Assembly: GCA_947447835.1 (NCBI GenBank) | Contig: CANFLP010000001.1 | Coordinates: forward strand, 1-49,681 | Direction: 5' to 3' | DNA: 49,681 nucleotides | DNA from: Bacteroidota bacterium | Lineage (GTDB): Bacteria > Bacteroidota > Bacteroidia > Chitinophagales > Chitinophagaceae | In this document: in pieces, positions 47,636 to 49,681 of the stretch | Position numbering within the stretch: position 1 is the first letter of the stretch | How the letters are laid out: the number at the start of each line of letters is the position of its first letter | Notes under the pieces: model-generated | The model's input: the letters and a program-made list of their open reading frames with translations, nothing else | Database searches by the model: none | Told to the model about the DNA's origin: nothing | Translations under genes and position numbers: made by a program

Positions 47636-48649
47636 TTAATCAAATGTTAAATAGCCAATTTTTCCACCTGACCCTGCAAAAAATGCTGCTTTCTTACCAG
47701 GTTGAGGCTGAACCACATGGAAACTATTATTTGATATTAATGACCAGTTATTGCCACTGTTTTCAGAATAATCTACCCCCGAAGTTCCACAAGCTACCAC
47801 CCTTTTATTATCTATAAATGTTACCGAGGATCTATACCCATGGGGCATGGTAAAAGATGTATTAATTTGATAGGCTTGCTGATATTTTAAAAAAGCGCGT
47901 GCAGCATCGGATGCAATAGTGTCCTTCATAAAATCACCTCCCACAACAATAAACTGACTTAAATCTGGAGCAATGGAAATACTATTAGCCCCAGTAGATT
48001 TCCCCCCCTGCATAATAGGCAAAGGCATCGCATTCCCGTCTATCCATAACCTACTTGTTTTACCACCCGTTACAAATACAATGTCGTTTTTTATGAACCC
48101 AATATTGCTATTACTAGAAGCGAAAAATGCTTCCCCCTCTTTTAGTTTTGATTTCCAAAAACTACTTGGTGCTTTATCCCAATGTGCTCCTCTATCTTTA
48201 GTATTTAATAAAAATAAGGTGTCATTAATTGGATCACCAATTACAGATCCATTTTGAATATCCTTAAAAGCAACTGCATCTAAAAACATACTGGTATCCG
48301 CATTCTCATACACTTTAGTCCATTTAGAACCACCATCAAATGTTTTTAAAATGACGGCAGGAGCTGCTACTGCTACAATTAAAGCTTCTTTATCATCCCA
48401 TGCATGAATAGCCCTAAAATCACGCGTTTCATAACCTTTTACCTGAAACCACTCAAAACTATCCCCTCCGTTAACCGATTTGGCAATGCTACCCTTGCTT
48501 CCACTAGCCCAAATTACTTTTTCCGAAGGCACAGATAAACCTCTAAAACTAACTCCTTTTTTTTCTGTCAATATTTTAATAGAAGTTTGCGCTACTAATT
48601 GCTGAGTAGTTAATAATAATAAAGCGAAAACAATTTTATAAATACGCAT
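47636..48649 (-). CDS. Secreted BNR/Ycf48-like beta-propeller protein
   Basis: Signal peptide (LVA|Q) and repeated S/T.D/NGG..W/F Asp-box motifs; GEAFFASS. Confidence 0.82.
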   Translation of the reverse strand: MRIYKIVFALLLLTTQQLVAQTSIKILTEKKGVSFRGLSVPSEKVIWASGSKGSIAKSVNGGDSFEWFQVKGYETRDFRAIHAWDDKEALIVAVAAPAVILKTFDGGSKWTKVYENADTSMFLDAVAFKDIQNGSVIGDPINDTLFLLNTKDRGAHWDKAPSSFWKSKLKEGEAFFASSNSNIGFIKNDIVFVTGGKTSRLWIDGNAMPLPIMQGGKSTGANSISIAPDLSQFIVVGGDFMKDTIASDAARAFLKYQQAYQINTSFTMPHGYRSSVTFIDNKRVVACGTSGVDYSENSGNNWSLISNNSFHVVQPQPGKKAAFFAGSGGKIGYLTFD

Positions 48650-48682
48650 AGTTTATTCATTTTTGCATTTTAAAGATACGAT

Positions 48683-49408
48683 ATGATACCTTATTGGATG
48701 AGTAGAACTCAATTAATGTTGGGAGATGAAAAGATGGAGCAACTAATGAGCAAGAACGTATTGATTGTTGGGCTTGGAGGCGTAGGTGCTATTTGTGCTG
48801 AAATGATAGTAAGAGCGGGGGTAGGAAAATTAACTATTGTTGACAATGATAAGGTAGACGCGAGTAATATTAATAGACAAATACAGGCACTACATTCTAC
48901 AGTAAATACACCAAAGGCGCAGGTTTTATCTGCTCGTTTATTAGATATTAATCCGGCTTTGGATTTGACTGTTTTAGAAATGTATATTAAGGAAGAAATT
49001 ACTACTAACCTACTTGAATCTGCTCAATGGGATTATGTGGTTGATTGCATAGACACCCTTTCTTGCAAAGTATTTCTGATAAAAAAATGCTTAGAAATGA
49101 AGTTGCCAATTGTTAGCTCCATGGGCGCTGGCGGTAAGTTAGATCCTTCACAAATAATGGTCACCGATATCTCTAAAACCTATGTATGTAATTTGGCTAG
49201 ATATGTAAGGAAGCGTTTACAAAGTCTAGGGATTAAAAAAGGGCTGAAAGTTGTTTTTAGCCCAGAAAAAGCAGACCAGGATAAAATTATCGTCACTGAG
49301 AAAGCATTCCCCAAAAAGTCAATTATAGGCACTTTAAGTTATATGCCTGCTATGTTTGGATGTACAGTAGCCAGTGTCGTAATTAGGGATTTAATGAGCA
49401 ATGACTGA
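48683..49408 (+). CDS. tcdA: tRNA threonylcarbamoyladenosine dehydratase (ThiF family)
   Basis: GLGGVG, D.D....SNINRQ, DCID, SMGAGGKLDP, LAR.VRKRL, VFSPE and G..SYMP..FG. Confidence 0.9.
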   Translation: MIPYWMSRTQLMLGDEKMEQLMSKNVLIVGLGGVGAICAEMIVRAGVGKLTIVDNDKVDASNINRQIQALHSTVNTPKAQVLSARLLDINPALDLTVLEMYIKEEITTNLLESAQWDYVVDCIDTLSCKVFLIKKCLEMKLPIVSSMGAGGKLDPSQIMVTDISKTYVCNLARYVRKRLQSLGIKKGLKVVFSPEKADQDKIIVTEKAFPKKSIIGTLSYMPAMFGCTVASVVIRDLMSND

Positions 49409-49474
49409 TTTAGACCTTATTTTTCTTTGAATTAAGCATATTTTACCCTTATTTTGCACCTCCTAATAGGAGCT

Positions 49475-49548
49475 GGTTCGGTAGCTCAGCTGGATAGAGC
49501 GTCATCCTTCTAAGATGAGGGCCATTGGTTCGAATCCAATCCGAATCA
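49475..49548 (+). tRNA. tRNA-Arg (anticodon TCT), CCA not encoded
   Basis: GGTTCGG/CCGAATC acceptor stem, AGCTCAGCTGGATAGAGC D arm, TCATC-CTTCTAA-GATGA anticodon arm, ATTGG-TTCGAAT-CCAAT T arm. Confidence 0.97.
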
Positions 49549-49681
49549 CAAAGCCTGTCACGAAAGTGACAGGCTTTTATCATTCGAAGCTGTGTCGAAA
49601 GCTTGCTTTCGTAAACAGAAGAGAGTGATAAAAGCAAACTAAACGCTTCGCGTTTAGTTAAAAGGCTTTGGGTAAGCTCCA
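49549..49681. other. Structured non-coding element downstream of tRNA-Arg (multi-stem, probably cut by the window edge)
   Basis: Several nested inverted repeats within about 125 nt (see findings); no credible ORF. Confidence 0.65.
49550..49578 (+). terminator. Terminator-like hairpin after tRNA-Arg
   Basis: Perfect 12-bp stem AAAGCCTGTCAC-GAAA-GTGACAGGCTTT with a short T tract. Confidence 0.75.

Noticed and set aside
1085-48257. Many 60-123 aa ORFs nested in or antisense to long genes (e.g. 10003-10341, 16773-17144, 41843-42178, 43268-43600)
   Set aside because: They overlap well-supported genes, mostly as antisense shadows with Ser/Phe/Ile-rich composition and no motifs; expected by-products of codon bias.
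49508-49514. CTA within the anticodon loop suggesting an amber suppressor or Pyl tRNA
   Set aside because: The 7-nt loop CTTCTAA places TCT at positions 34-36, so it is an ordinary tRNA-Arg(UCU).
47131-49548. Possible genomic island between the two tRNAs
   Set aside because: The tRNAs point away from each other, there is no integrase or duplicated tRNA end, and the intervening genes look native.
49449-49637. 62-aa minus-strand ORF
   Set aside because: Antisense to tRNA-Arg and the structured element.

Overview
AT-rich, very gene-dense chromosomal segment of a Bacteroidota bacterium. Chitinophagaceae-like affinity is an inference from gene content, TAnnTTTG promoter elements, A-rich translation starts without clear Shine-Dalgarno sites, and Q-rule signal peptides. 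It is mostly core housekeeping: partial katG, a dihydroorotase-like gene leading a glycosyltransferase/gmhA/gmhB operon, lepA, tpiA, pruA, pdhA, ychF, glutaminyl cyclase, cinA, a 2-oxoacid dehydrogenase E2, an S9 peptidase, a TonB-dependent receptor, thiolase, parE/parC, namZ, tcdA, tRNA-Val(TAC) and tRNA-Arg(TCT). I see no integrase, transposase, prophage, CRISPR array or defence system. The observations most worth following up are: (1) a non-coding, multi-stem, two-conformation element directly behind tRNA-Arg that runs to the window edge; (2) a dihydroorotase homolog that has lost most metal-binding and catalytic residues; (3) a tightly coupled TPR / outer-membrane barrel / membrane-anchored HU-like / methyltransferase operon of unknown function; (4) two uncharacterised genes inserted between parE and parC. 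All family calls come from motif recognition by eye; no database search or folding program was run.
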